Shown here: positions 24,201 through 35,560 of the stretch, piece after piece
Numbering within the stretch: the first letter of the stretch is position 1
How the letters are laid out: each line of letters opens with the position of its first letter
Source: Tubulanus polymorphus
Lineage: Eukaryota; Animalia; Nemertea
Assembly (NCBI RefSeq): GCF_964204645.1
Contig: NC_134025.1
Coordinates: 3,286,001-3,350,000, forward strand
Reading direction: 5' to 3'
DNA length: 64,000 nucleotides
Program-made: the position numbers and the translations under genes
Notes under the pieces: generated by a model
What the model saw: the letters and a program-made list of their open reading frames with translations, nothing else
Database searches by the model: none
Told to the model about the DNA's origin: nothing

Positions 24201-27200
24201 ATGTTGAAGATGACTACAAGCAAAAATACATAAAGAGAACTCTTTATGAGTTTTTGCTCCAAGATATAGTTGAATAGATTAGCTCAAGGAAAATTTCAGA
24301 CAGACTCTTATGAGATTTCTTATCTTAACTCTAAAATCATCGACCATATTGGATCAGTTGGATGTAAGCAGTTCATATTTCGAATTCTAGGTTCTGAATG
24401 TATTGGTTTTGCATCCGTTAGCCACTGTTTTTCCGTGGGAAGTAGCTGGAACATCATATACTGCTCCCGAGGTGATGAAATGGTGCTTGAATTTGAGGAA
24501 AAAACAACCGAGGTTTGTGCGTCTGTGTTCTTGTAAACCATGTTTTTAGAAAAGTGAATGAGTGATTATTGAGTTTTCATTGTTTTTGTTCCAGGGAAGA
24601 AGTGCAGTGTGCAGCCCATAGACTTTCAGGAATTCTCATTCCACCTATCTATCAGCAAGTGAGCGAGGCAAGTAGAATTAAAGACTAATTAAGACTCCAG
24701 TATGTGGCGCCATCTGTTGTAATACAGTTGAACTATTCAACATGCTAGACCAAATAGTTCCATCACCGTACGCTTTCGACATCTAGTGACATGACGTTAA
24801 ACTAATACCAGATATTAATATCATAATTGGTTATTAATGAATTTTTTCAGGACCCAAATTCAAGTGTTCGCGAATTGGTTTGTACTTGGATACGGACAGT
24901 CGAGATGAACAGCGAATGGGAACAGAGTAATGATTGTCGTTTAGCTTGTGCGGAATCATTAGCACGGAATTCACAAATACTGTTATTAGACCCGGATAAG
25001 AAATTAGGTAACGTAAAATTGCATCACAAGAGTTGAGTAATTAATGAGTATCGGATGTTGTTAAATTCATATGAATCATAATGAATTTTTAGGACGGTTG
25101 TCGTTGAAAGTTTGGAAAGTGACGATTAATTTGCTGCAAGACGATGACATCGATGTAAGACAAGCCGTAGCATCGATGATTACTGGATTATGGAATCTAG
25201 ACAAACCTGGTAAATTTGATTGAGGTTCACCTCATGGAAAATACAGTGGCCACTTACCTGGAAGTCAGGGAAAAGTGAGGGAATTTTGTAAAAAAGCTGG
25301 AAATCGTGGAAAGTTGTTGAGATTGCTAGATCGCGTGTAAATCAAGTAGTTTCCGTCAATGTGTTAATTGATTCGAATCTTAGCTGATTGAGTCAGGGAA
25401 AACAATGTACATGTCAGGGAATAGTCAGGGGAAAAGCGAGTGACCACCCACTCCGTCACTGTATTCATCTTTATGAGTTGAATGAGTTTTGATGAATTAT
25501 GTTTCTCCCAAATTTTTGTAGATAAACCTGTTGGAGACATGTTGGCCACACTTTCATTAGACGTTGCACTTGAAATACTTGTGAAAACATTCCACAAAGA
25601 AGATTGGAGAGGTTGCTTTAATCTATTATTCGATTTGATGGACGGACATTATTCCAATTATCAGGTAATTAACTGAAACTATGATGAGCTGTTTTTAAGA
25701 TTATGCGATCGATGAATCGTTGTTTCTTGAAGTATTTTACGTAGTTTTTTCACCCCTGACCGCGATAAAAGTATAATATTATCATTGTGAAAACAACTCG
25801 CAAATTTCCCGGAATGTTCTACTCGTCGGATCATTAGCCATTAGGTGAGCGGGTAAAGTACATTTTCCCAGGCTCTTCCGTCATTATCCATCGAACTACA
25901 GGTTTTCAGTGTAATCGAGGAGTATGAGAACTTTCACTTCCTGAGTCACACTTTGCTTCATATCATAACAAACCGCCGTTTGTTAAAAATATCCGGCAAC
26001 CAGGATGTAATATTGTTGGGTCGAAAAAATTTTTGTTAAAATGTTCCGCATTGATGATACTTGACCTTGAAAATCAGCGGGAGTTCAGTGAAAGTGCACT
26101 TATATCATATTTTTTCATACCGGATTGAGATCTCCCTCTCCTCCTCCGCTCCTCCTCTCCCTCCCCTCTCCTCCTTTCCCTCCCCCTCTATCCTCTTCTC
26201 CCTCTCCCTGCACTTGTTACATTCAGGTTTTAGTTTCGGTGGTTTTTCAGATTTTATCTTCAGACTCTGAATAAATATTTGTGAAATAATTTCAATCAAT
26301 GAACCGCTGATAGCCAGCCGGCTGATGATTTACCGATGAGTTGTTCAACTCCACTCAGGTCTGTAAAGGTCCTGGGAAAACAGCTTCCCGAGTTGCAACC
26401 TTGATGATTGTTTACATTCTACATCATACCTGATGCGGCTTCAGTGATTGGTCGATATTTTACGTTACGCATACCTGCCTTACTATCTATTTTACTACTC
26501 GCAGCTGGTGTAGTAAAAATTTCTGGCCGAAAGCCAGATATTACGTATTACAACACGAAGTCACCCTAATCTCCCGGAGATCAAATGCATCTGTTCCGAA
26601 TATTGAAATTTATTATTGATATCTTTTTGGGAATCATATTAACCTTGAACTGAGCCGTTACCGGCTGAGGTCGTGTCACGATTCCGCGATCAAAAGTCGA
26701 CCCGGAATTATCTCACCTTCCAGTTGTATTATTCTGGATTAAATTTATGGCTGACTGCATATCGGGCTAGTATTGTCTGCGGTTTGTTTTGTTGTCTACT
26801 GAGATAGTACTTGTTTATGTGAAAAGCGACGAAAATTTTATAGCCATCCGAAAATATTTATTCATTTTATGCCGTTGAACCAGATGTGAATTGTAATTTT
26901 AGAATGAATTGATGGCGTCGATGCTCTATTTTGGCTATAAGCCAGATAATTTTGACAACGCGAATTTATTTGTTCTTTATGATTCATAAATAAAAATTGG
27001 TTTTTCCGTGAAGTCATAGAATCTTCGGGTCGAGCTCTAGTGAAGAGAAGGCTGTAGTGGAGAGAGAGAAGAGTAATATTGCTACGCGTTTGTTGATATT
27101 GAATGAAAGCTTTTGTTGCTAAATATAATTTTGCACGTATAAACAACATTTTCTAGATGGATCTATTTTTATGTACAAGGGTTTATTTATTTTGATTAAT

Positions 27201-30200
27201 TATGGAAAACTCTTGGCTTCCATCCAAATAATATTATTACTAGTACAGCTTTTGTGGATATATTTTTTAACCAGTTGCACCTGTGTTCACTGATATTCCT
27301 TATGTAATCAGCGGGCACAATAGATTTTTCACTGTCTCATCACTTCTCGGTAAACAGGCAGTCCTGTTATTATTTGGTGCGGTTTTCGCGGAACTGTTCC
27401 TAGAACGATTGACATTGATATCATCATAATAGTGTCAAAAGATTGATTTTTGATTTTGCACGTAGGAAAAACAACTCAGTCTTAAAAACAAGTCTTTATT
27501 CGACTCTTACTTCGTTGTTTGTATGAATGATTGTGATTTACAACTCTAAGGAAATATTCTGTTTGGTTTCTGGTTACATCTTTTTACTGGTCTTATCTCG
27601 ATCTGCTAGCCCTGTTAATTACAGCGCCCTCATGTAAACCTTTGATCGCGCAATGTTACAGCTTCAAGTCATGCATGGTGATTATCTACACTGTTGGGCA
27701 GGTCTTTATTTCCATTCAAAGTTAGATCAAGGCCCTTCAAAAGGATAGATAGAAATAGGTCACCCCTAGTTTGCCAATTTCATTTGAATGTTTGCTGGTT
27801 TGTCATTGATAATAAATAGCAAATTTAGCATTTCTATTACAACCCCTAGTTTGCCAATTTAATGCTAAGGTTTGCTGGATTTCTTAATTTGCTATTTGAA
27901 TTAAATTACTCTTTGGCTCAATTGGTAACTTTAAAACAAACCCCCTAGTTTGTCAATTATTCAGTTTTTCAGTTTGTAATTTGGCTTAAGTTTTGATTAA
28001 AGGAGAAATTACATTTTTATCCTAGCATATAATTTCCAACCCTAGTTTGTCAGAACTTTTAAGTTTGTCTTGTTTTCTTTGTTCATTGTCCTTTTTGAAC
28101 AAAGTTATTGATTTGTTTATTGTTACCTGATTTATTGTGTTTTGTAAGGATTTGATGGATTAGTGCTTCAATGGATTAAGATTATTGCTGGATTAGCTCC
28201 ACACACCACCTGCACTTTGAATAAACAATTCTTTTGTTTTATTCCGCTGTTAACAGAGGAATATTCTTATAATCTGAATTATAAAAACCACAGTTTTCTT
28301 GCTGTATTATATTTAGAAGAACATTTCTCTGGGGAATTTATATATTATCTGATCATTGTTCAAACAATGTTGTTTCCAATCCTGAATGTACGAATAATAT
28401 TTTATCTATAAGGCTTTAATTCAAGTACAACTATTCAATTGTTTTCAATTCAAATGATATGATTTTTGTTATCATTGATAGGCTTGAATTCAAATTCGAT
28501 ACTACAATATACACATTTTTATATGTTTTTATATTGGGTTCATATTCTTCCCAAATACATATACATTGTCAAACATAAGTGATATATTATTAAGAATTTT
28601 AATCAATTGGAATTAATTTGTTTGAAACTTCCATCTGAGGTTGATCTTATTCATGGGACATTTCGCCGGTATTTTTCTATTCAGATGTCAGAATATTCAG
28701 ATTGTAAAAACTACAAAACGCTGAATCCTGACACACTTGTCATTCTGACCTGCTGTTATTGCTCACTGCTTTTTACCACAAATTCCCAAATAATCTTTTC
28801 AATGTCACCGAAAGGTTCATTCCTATTTGCGATTTGTTTCTTAGAAAATGGTGATTGTTTTCTATGGTTTCTTTTCTATTGCACTATAGCCATGCGAATG
28901 ACCATGCGTCTATTCACCTGAGGATAAAGATTTCTAACTTTAGCCTCGCTAATTTTTGCTAGGTTTTTTTGGTGTCAAATCGTACAATAGAAGGTGCTCC
29001 TGACTGATATCAGAAGCTTATTTTGAGCGATTTCTTCGTGCAAACTAATTGAAAGTACATTTAAGGGCAAGGTACAATTGAACTTGTCGTCTTGATAGTA
29101 AATGGACAAGTGAATGCGAGTACTTCAGATGACAGTTTTGTTTAGGACCAAAATCGAGAGCAGTTTGGTGATTATTGAAGTTGTAGCAATGAGGATTAAC
29201 ATGGCACATGGTCGAAGGAGGCTTAAACTGGGGCTAATATGAAGATAGTTGTTTTAATTGGTCAAAAGAATCTCAAACAATCATATTCTGCTTAATTACA
29301 CTTGAACTGATGATTACACCTTTGTATGTATTGCCTAACATATGAATGCCAGTTAGTCAGCTGTGTGGGGGGTTTAATAGTAGAATTAGCTAAACAATAC
29401 AATAAAGGCACATGACACATTGTACTAAACCTAAAGAAAGTGTGGTTGATCAGGCATTGAGTGGTTAATGGTGTAATTCTTTTGATTTATTCTAACACTG
29501 ACTTTCGGAGTGAAATAACAACCACTTCCTGTTCGATTTATAATATTTCCTTGATAATAAAGTTTATACATCGTAATTATAGAGATATGATAGCAATCAT
29601 TTAATGGATAGAGAATCGAGAATCAAAGATTGTGATCTCGAAGATTGTAGGTAGAATTTACTAAGCGAGGGATGTGAAGTGTCTCTTCTGGCTTTGATTC
29701 CTGACACGACTGAAAACCGATGCAGATAATTTAAAAAGACATGTGCTACAGCACTTTACTGCAGACTTGTTGCTGTTACTGGGGATATAACGACTAAATA
29801 GAAAAAAATTAATGCATAGATGTTTTCAAGTATGTTGTATATCAAGCATAACAAATGTTTTCGTGTAAGAAAAAAAAATCTTTAGTAGGGCGTATCATCA
29901 CACAGGCCAAGGTCGTCATTGTCAGCAAAGCACAGTTTGATATAGACCACGGACCATAGACAGACTGAGAGACGAAGATGAAGCTAGACTGTAAAGCTAT
30001 GATTGACCAGCCATGATTCCATCACAAGACTGTTAATTATCGATATCGATCAATACAGTAGACTATTACATGCCCACCTGCTATTAGCGAACAAACAACT
30101 AATTCACTGTAAATCACTCCTGCATTGATGCTCAGGTCAATTATCATTCATAGTTTATTGTAAACTGTGACAGAATCTATAATTTGAGGGCATCCTATTT

Positions 30201-31447
30201 GCTGTCTATCAGCTTTACTGGTCAATTATTTTCATTATGAGATTTGTAGGTTATTTCTGTGATAACATACTTCAAAATCTGTAAAATTGTAATTTTCTAC
30301 ATCTAAGCCCCATAAATTCATCTTAAAAAACATTATCTAGTGCTAGTTATGGTAAGTGTCATTAGTGAATAATTTTGGGGCTTTTTGAGTTAGTAGTTAT
30401 CAGCAGGATCTGCTTGACTCCTTCCCAGAATAGATTTTCAGATGAAAATCCTGTCAACTTACATCACACACCATAGCAACTACCTGTAGAGACTGACTGC
30501 AGTGAGGAAGGAGTCAGTTGCTGCCTCTTGTGAAGGTGGTTTAGTGTTGATTGGTGATAATCACTATGAACAACATTCACCCACTGATAGGACATGTTAC
30601 TATGTATCCACATCTGTACATCATTAGGGTCACTCGGAATAATCACTCGCCTCATTTGTTTTATTGGTGGCTTTATTTTCTCCCAAAACTAAATACCCTA
30701 CATGCACGAGACAGGTGAACCGAGTTTAATTAATGCGTATTGCGTTTATATATTTTTTAGCGTGGGAAAGAAGGACCTTTTGAAAAGTCGGAATTGAACA
30801 CTTACGAGGATGCGGTGGAGTTTTCCAGATTATCCAGTCGATATCTGCGCCGATTTCTAGAAATGTCACTACCAAGCGTTCAGGTTTGCGCCGACGAAAT
30901 ATCTGAAAAAATGTGGAAAATATCATCCGATTCACTGATGTATCAACACCATCTGTTTAAACCGGACTATTTGACGAATAAATCAAAAATTTCTACTAAA
31001 AAGAATCCGCAAATATCAGTGACATCGTCGAATGGAACTGTATATTGCGAACAAGGCAGCCCTGATCAGCTATCTATCGATATATCTGATTTATCAAAGA
31101 TGTTGAATGGTTATTATAAAGAATGTTCGCAATCATTAATCGATCATTTAAAACTTCAGCCCGTCTTCATTTGTCATAAATTCACATTTCTAGAACCTGT
31201 TAAATATGAGAATTTTATCAGTTTTGTTTACGAGCAGATTTTGTTAATTTTTTGTTTCCACTCAGTTTTAAGACAGCCTAATTTAGCCATCACTGGCTGC
31301 GGTGATAATGCATTTAGTTTTCAGGGTTTGTTCAAGGCAGTTAATGAGTGTTTCAGTAATAGAAATGTCCTGATGAGCGGAATACTCGATCTACTAAAAG
31401 ATATCAATGGGGGTCAGGAAACTGAAACTGGGGACAGTTATGCCTGA
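15216..31447 (+). CDS. THADA: THADA / Trm732-like ARM-repeat protein (DUF2428), about 40 exons
   Basis: Spliced exons give family motifs CCWRSVKEVSLTLG, SRHRGAFELAYTGF, ATRRSAGVPF, VHALNILRSLYRDTRVG, WDIRNSSTLLFSALMTRIFG and LHPALYPVLMILGRL. First coding exon 15216-15285. Penultimate exon 25522-25664 is joined in phase 0 to the last exon 30761-31447 (RGKEGPFEKSELNTYED...). AATAAA at ~31450 and ~31564. Confidence 0.92.
16017..16130. mobile_element. Palindromic MITE in a THADA intron
   Basis: Terminal ccagttccacagtt ... aactgtggaactgg plus an internal inverted pair ttaactctgagttaaa / tttaactcagagttaa; a partial copy starts at 51150. Confidence 0.8.
23627..23800 (-). repeat. tRNA-derived SINE-like head next to degenerate (CCCTAA)-like repeats in a THADA intron
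   Basis: Minus strand reads gctctagtaccggtagttagagc...cgggttcaaatccca (A-box-like plus B-box). The plus strand then has cctaaccctta/cccttaacccctag. No intact cloverleaf. Confidence 0.45.
25244..25449. mobile_element. MITE remnant with repeated gtcagggaa subterminal motifs
   Basis: Ends gtggccact ... agtgaccac are inverted; four to five gtcaggg(a) copies inside. Confidence 0.6.
25780..27150 (-). mobile_element. Heavily decayed non-LTR retrotransposon (LINE) reverse-transcriptase fragment in the last THADA intron
   Basis: Minus-strand translation with stops and frameshifts gives motifs in the expected order: AINLIQNNTTGR*DN (cf. AI..LK..KAPGPDG), MIPKK, LREIRVTS (cf. YRPI.L.S), SGFRP, AVFxDLYR, ISRLAISGSLIEIISQIF, PLIF, a frameshifted tggttgccggatatt (FADD-like), then LLDYTENL...KS. 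Recognised by eye only. Confidence 0.55.
26131..26209. repeat. Polypyrimidine (CT-rich) low-complexity tract
   Basis: About 80 nt almost entirely C/T, lying inside the LINE remnant. Confidence 0.85.
27762..28052. repeat. Four-copy degenerate tandem repeat with conserved core ccctagtttg(c/t)ca
   Basis: Cores at 27762, 27842, 27941 and 28039; period 80-100 nt. Confidence 0.8.
28700..29700 (-). mobile_element. Possible decayed LINE ORF2 C-terminal region
   Basis: Scattered minus-strand peptides TYNLR, FNCTLPLN, QEHLLLY and IIWEFVVKS resemble the CR1/L2-type C-terminal motif order, but are very degraded. Confidence 0.28.
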
Positions 31448-32082
31448 AAAATAAAGACATTTATAGAGTATCTAGTTTGATATTGTAATATGTATTTCAC
31501 CGGTTTTTATGTACAAAAATGTTGAAAACCTCACTGAAAAAGTATGAAAATGTATTACATAAAAATAAATATATGTTTTAATTGTTGAAATATATTTTTT
31601 TTTGGTTTTTCGTTGTTTTGCACTGTCCAATGAGAGGATGTATGCGGATTAGAATGGTTATTAGAGCGGTCTAGGAATTGATAGTATCTGATGAATGATG
31701 ACAGTTTCAAGTAGTCTTATCTTTTTAGTTCCCACACTTTTACTTCGCCTCCGTTTTACCTTTTCATGCTGTTGCCGCTGTAACATATGTCTGATGATCA
31801 CATGATGCAGAAATAACTTCATGTTTATTTCTGTCTGGTTGTAATAATTATCGCTTCCGATGATAAAAAGATTTATTGGTCTCGAACCGGGTCCATAACG
31901 AGCGAGCACGCTCCATTTGCGGTGCGAGTGGGAGACAATTTGGGGGAAAAGAAATCTGGTCAATATCTCCTTCTTGAATAGTTCAGCCAAGTGGGGAATC
32001 AGAAAATAAGTATTTGAGATGTGCTATTAATTACTGACAAAAATCAGTATATCATCCGTTCTTCACCACGGCGATGCCACCA

Positions 32083-32212
32083 GGTTCGATTGCCAGCCGA
32101 GCCGGGCGGTTTGCTGGTTCCGTCCAATATGACAAACCTACCCTTTCTCTGAGGGACGATACGTCGAATGAGATACGATAAATAAAGTATTCATCAAAAT
32201 AAAAAGAAATTT
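32083..32212 (+). repeat. Possible SINE fragment
   Basis: B-box-like ggttcgattgcc at 32083-32094, a GC-rich body and an A-rich tail with aataaa. Confidence 0.3.
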
Positions 32213-33069
32213 AAACCTATTACAAGTTCATTGTAAAACACGCATATGTTGTATATATATAATTAACAAGACCTCACGACCGACCATCTATCACTGAGCG
32301 CGCCTAGTTTCCCACGCCACCAGCTTTGAGTCAGAGCTAATAAGTAACCTCAGGTTACCCAGGTACTGGAGGATCGTCTACAGAAAAATTCCCTCATTAA
32401 CTAATTAAAGATCTTCAAATCAATACATGTGACATTATCTGTGTAGGTGTTCGTAAATCTAGAATGATGTCGGTTATCGGTAGTAACTGAGTTATTGTCA
32501 GCGTATTGCAGCGTTTCCCGCGCTTTTCCATCATCAATGAAATTACCTGCAGGATAAAAATTTCGCGCGAAGCCACAGGAACCAATTGGCAGCCACAAGT
32601 GAAGGGTATGATTATTAACTCCACCCACAACACTTCATTTTGGCGGGAGATTCGTGGATGGCGGGAAATAATGCTAGATGCGTAATAGAAAATTGGATTC
32701 ATATTTATCATTTGCTAGGCCTAGTATGTGTCATCATCAGAATTTCTTTTACGTTATCGAAATGTTGTCACGAAGATCGTAATTGAGCAAACGATAGAAA
32801 CGCTTTTAACAAAGATATCCCCCTCATAAGAATTATTGTATAATCCTCAGGACTATAATCTGCTTCTGGAATCGCAGTAACAACATTGCTCAGTAATATT
32901 TGCCAGGGTTTGTCTAGAATTTGAATGATAAAATAAAATGTCTTGAATAGTACAAAAAGCCTTACTCATTATTTCCTTCAGATGAATGTAGTCGAATGCG
33001 ATTTAAGTACTAATTATGTTAGTTGTATCAACATCTATCAGATAATATTTTTGGTAATAAAAAATTACA

Positions 33070-33215
33070 GGCGGAAAGTGTTGTTTACGCGTACCCACGT
33101 GGCGCGCTGCGCGAACGATTCAGTGCATCGCTGATTGGTCGAACGGCGTAGTGAAGCTCCGCCTATCTATTACGGCGATCGATAAATACAGCGTAAACAG
33201 CCATAGCAATCAGTA
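33070..33215 (+). promoter_or_regulatory. ZFP36/TIS11 core and proximal promoter
   Basis: Forkhead-type ttgtttac 33081 and gtaaaca 33193, E-box ccacgtgg 33095, reverse CCAAT 33134, and TATA variant gataaata at 33181 lying 31 nt before the A of an Inr-like tcagt (33212). CpG-rich; ATG at 33343. Confidence 0.6.
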
Positions 33216-33342
33216 AGAGCTTGTAGTCTCACCTCGCACTCGTGTTCTCTACTCTACTGTTATCACTCTATCAGAAGAAGGATTTTAGCGTACGTTGTAT
33301 TTCTTGTCACTGCGATATTCGTCAGCAACGACATAGTTGAAG

Positions 33343-34514
33343 ATGTCTACTACTATGGTATCCGCTTTCTACGACGTAGATGTTTTGTATCAGGTAAGAA
33401 TTCGAATGTTTAAAAACCGGCGCGCAACTCGCACTCACACCGAGCAACAAGCACATGGCTCGCTGTCATGGCGGGTAACTTGATTTACATTTGAAACTTT
33501 CGTGGTCATGTCTTCAGTTGTTTGCTTGCCGGTATGATTTGCTGTCTATAAGTTAAATGAATTGTTTCGAGTATTCTATAACATGTTTATATCTTGTTTT
33601 TACAGAACCGAAAGAATATGTCGAAACTGTCGGTCGGTTGTCCACCACCGATGGCTTATGCCGAGCCAAAACTTATTGGTTGTCCGATGACAGTGAACAC
33701 ATTTCCTAGAGCTAGAGGGTTCAATACTGCTGCTGCCGCTGCTGCTGGTATTATCTACGGCCAGTCTCAACATCAACAACACACATCGACCATTTCATCG
33801 TTGACATCGCTGTCCACCGCTGAAGCTCAAGATCGGGCTAACCGTTCTGGAAATATTAACTCCAGCCGATACAAGACCGAACTCTGTCGTCCTTTCGAAG
33901 AAAACGGACACTGTAAATACGGAGATAAATGTCAATTCGCTCACGGCGCACACGAATTGCGAAGTCTTGCACGTCACCCGAAGTACAAAACGGAATTATG
34001 TCGCACGTTTCATACCGTCGGATTTTGCCCGTACGGCCCGCGCTGTCACTTCATCCACAACGAAGATGAGAGGAAATTAAGCGAAATGAAGCCCGTCATG
34101 CCGCAACAACAACAACCACAACCGCAACCAGCAGTACGACAGGCGTTTACACGTATTCCTCAGATTCAACAGTCGCAATCGCAGCCAGTCCAACGTCCGA
34201 AATCACTCGCGTACCGTATGAGCTGTTTGTCGATGGGTTCTAACGCTGAATCCCCGTCGTCCAGTTTGTCAAGCAGCCCGCAGAGTAATTCTGCATTCTT
34301 CGACGAAGCGATGATGTCCGCTAACATGCTGTGGCTTTTGAACCAGCGTAATAACACCGAATCGCTGGTACGAGATGAGGTATTCTCCGCTCCACCTTCG
34401 CCTCCGTCATCTCCGGTTCATTCCTCCGCTTCGAGCTCTACTTGTAATTCACCGATATCGGAAAAAGGTTTGCGTTTACCTATTTTTCGACGATTGTCAC
34501 TCGACGATTATTAA
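33343..34514 (+). CDS. ZFP36L: TIS11/ZFP36-family tandem CCCH zinc-finger mRNA-decay factor, 2 exons (33343-33393, 33606-34514), ~319 aa
   Basis: Exon 1 [17 protein letters not shown] is a ZFP36L1/L2-type N-terminus. The zinc fingers read [26 protein letters not shown] and [26 protein letters not shown]. The C-terminal RLPIFRRLS is the CNOT1-binding motif. Phase-0 GT-AG intron. Confidence 0.97.
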
Positions 34515-35560
34515 GCAAAGCGAAATTGACTTGACCGGTGTCCAAGGAGGAGTACCTTGTTAAAAAATCTGTGTGATCAAAAAAGATGTTAAGAGATGTA
34601 ACTTTCAAATTAAAAAAGTGCTACTTGAAGCTGTAGTGGCTTCTGTGTGATTTGAAAAACTATTGAATGTGACTAGAAAAGACTAGATGAGTGTTAGTGA
34701 GGGTGAATGAGTGTCATATGTGGGTGTTCTAATATATATATATATAGATATATAGCTATAAACGAAATATATGTTGATACAAGGTCCAAATGAAAGTATA
34801 GTAGTATTGTCAAAGTTTAGCTGGACTATGGGACCATTGATATCTATGCACTATATATTTATAAATCGAGATTTCTATATTATATTATTTAATTACCATT
34901 AATTAATTTGATTAAGGAAGTCCTGTTCAGTTTCGATTTCATAGATTGATTTTGAAATGATGGAAAGTTTTGTCCAACTAGTTAGTTTAGCGAGTGTAAT
35001 TATTTAGTGTAAGGCTTTACACAATTTTCCAGTTAATTTTTAGGTATCTCATTTTGGTTGATGATTAAAAATACAAGTGTATGTATTTGGGTTGATTTAG
35101 AAAAGGTTGGATTTTTCACTGCCATCTGTCAGGCTTCTGATAATATATGGCGTAGATACTTATGTAATGTAGATATTGTGAATAGTATAGTATTTGAGGT
35201 TTATTTACATTTATATTATGATAGGCATTCGATTATGCACAGTAAACTTGTCTTCCATCTCGAGGTGAGATGCGTAACTTAACAAATTTTATTTATGAGT
35301 AAATTGTATTTTGCATTTGGTAAATTTATTAACATATTTATCAGATTTAAACACATCACTATGTATTATATATTCATTTGAGATCTACTTTTACTTTTAT
35401 TATGTTAAATTATGATCGTAAGGAAACCAAAGAGAATTTGTGTGAAACTCAGATTGCATTTATGTTTTAAAAAATGGCACGTTAGCCTTTTCACTGTGTA
35501 TATCATTCTATTTATAAAATTACCATCATTTTTCATTGCAAATTAAAAAAAACTTCAACA
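34515..35560 (+). promoter_or_regulatory. ZFP36 3' UTR with AU-rich elements
   Basis: TATTTAT heptamers at 34856, 35290, 35335 and 35509; attaaa poly(A)-signal variant at ~35542. Confidence 0.6.

Noticed and set aside
24659-24673. GC-AG intron in THADA (GAG|GCAAGT at 24668)
   Set aside because: A canonical in-phase CAA|GTGAGC donor lies 9 nt upstream and suffices.
26105-26299. Charged ORF (…REREKRIEGEGKEERGG…) as a protein
   Set aside because: Translation of a CT-rich microsatellite inside a decayed LINE fragment.
27762-28052. CRISPR array interpretation of the core-plus-spacer repeats
   Set aside because: Eukaryotic intron context, cores only ~14-19 nt, irregular spacers with residual mutual similarity, and no cas genes.
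30794-31447. 217-aa ORF as an independent gene
   Set aside because: It starts at TTG, is preceded by a splice acceptor at 30760, and continues THADA in frame (FEKSELNTYED).
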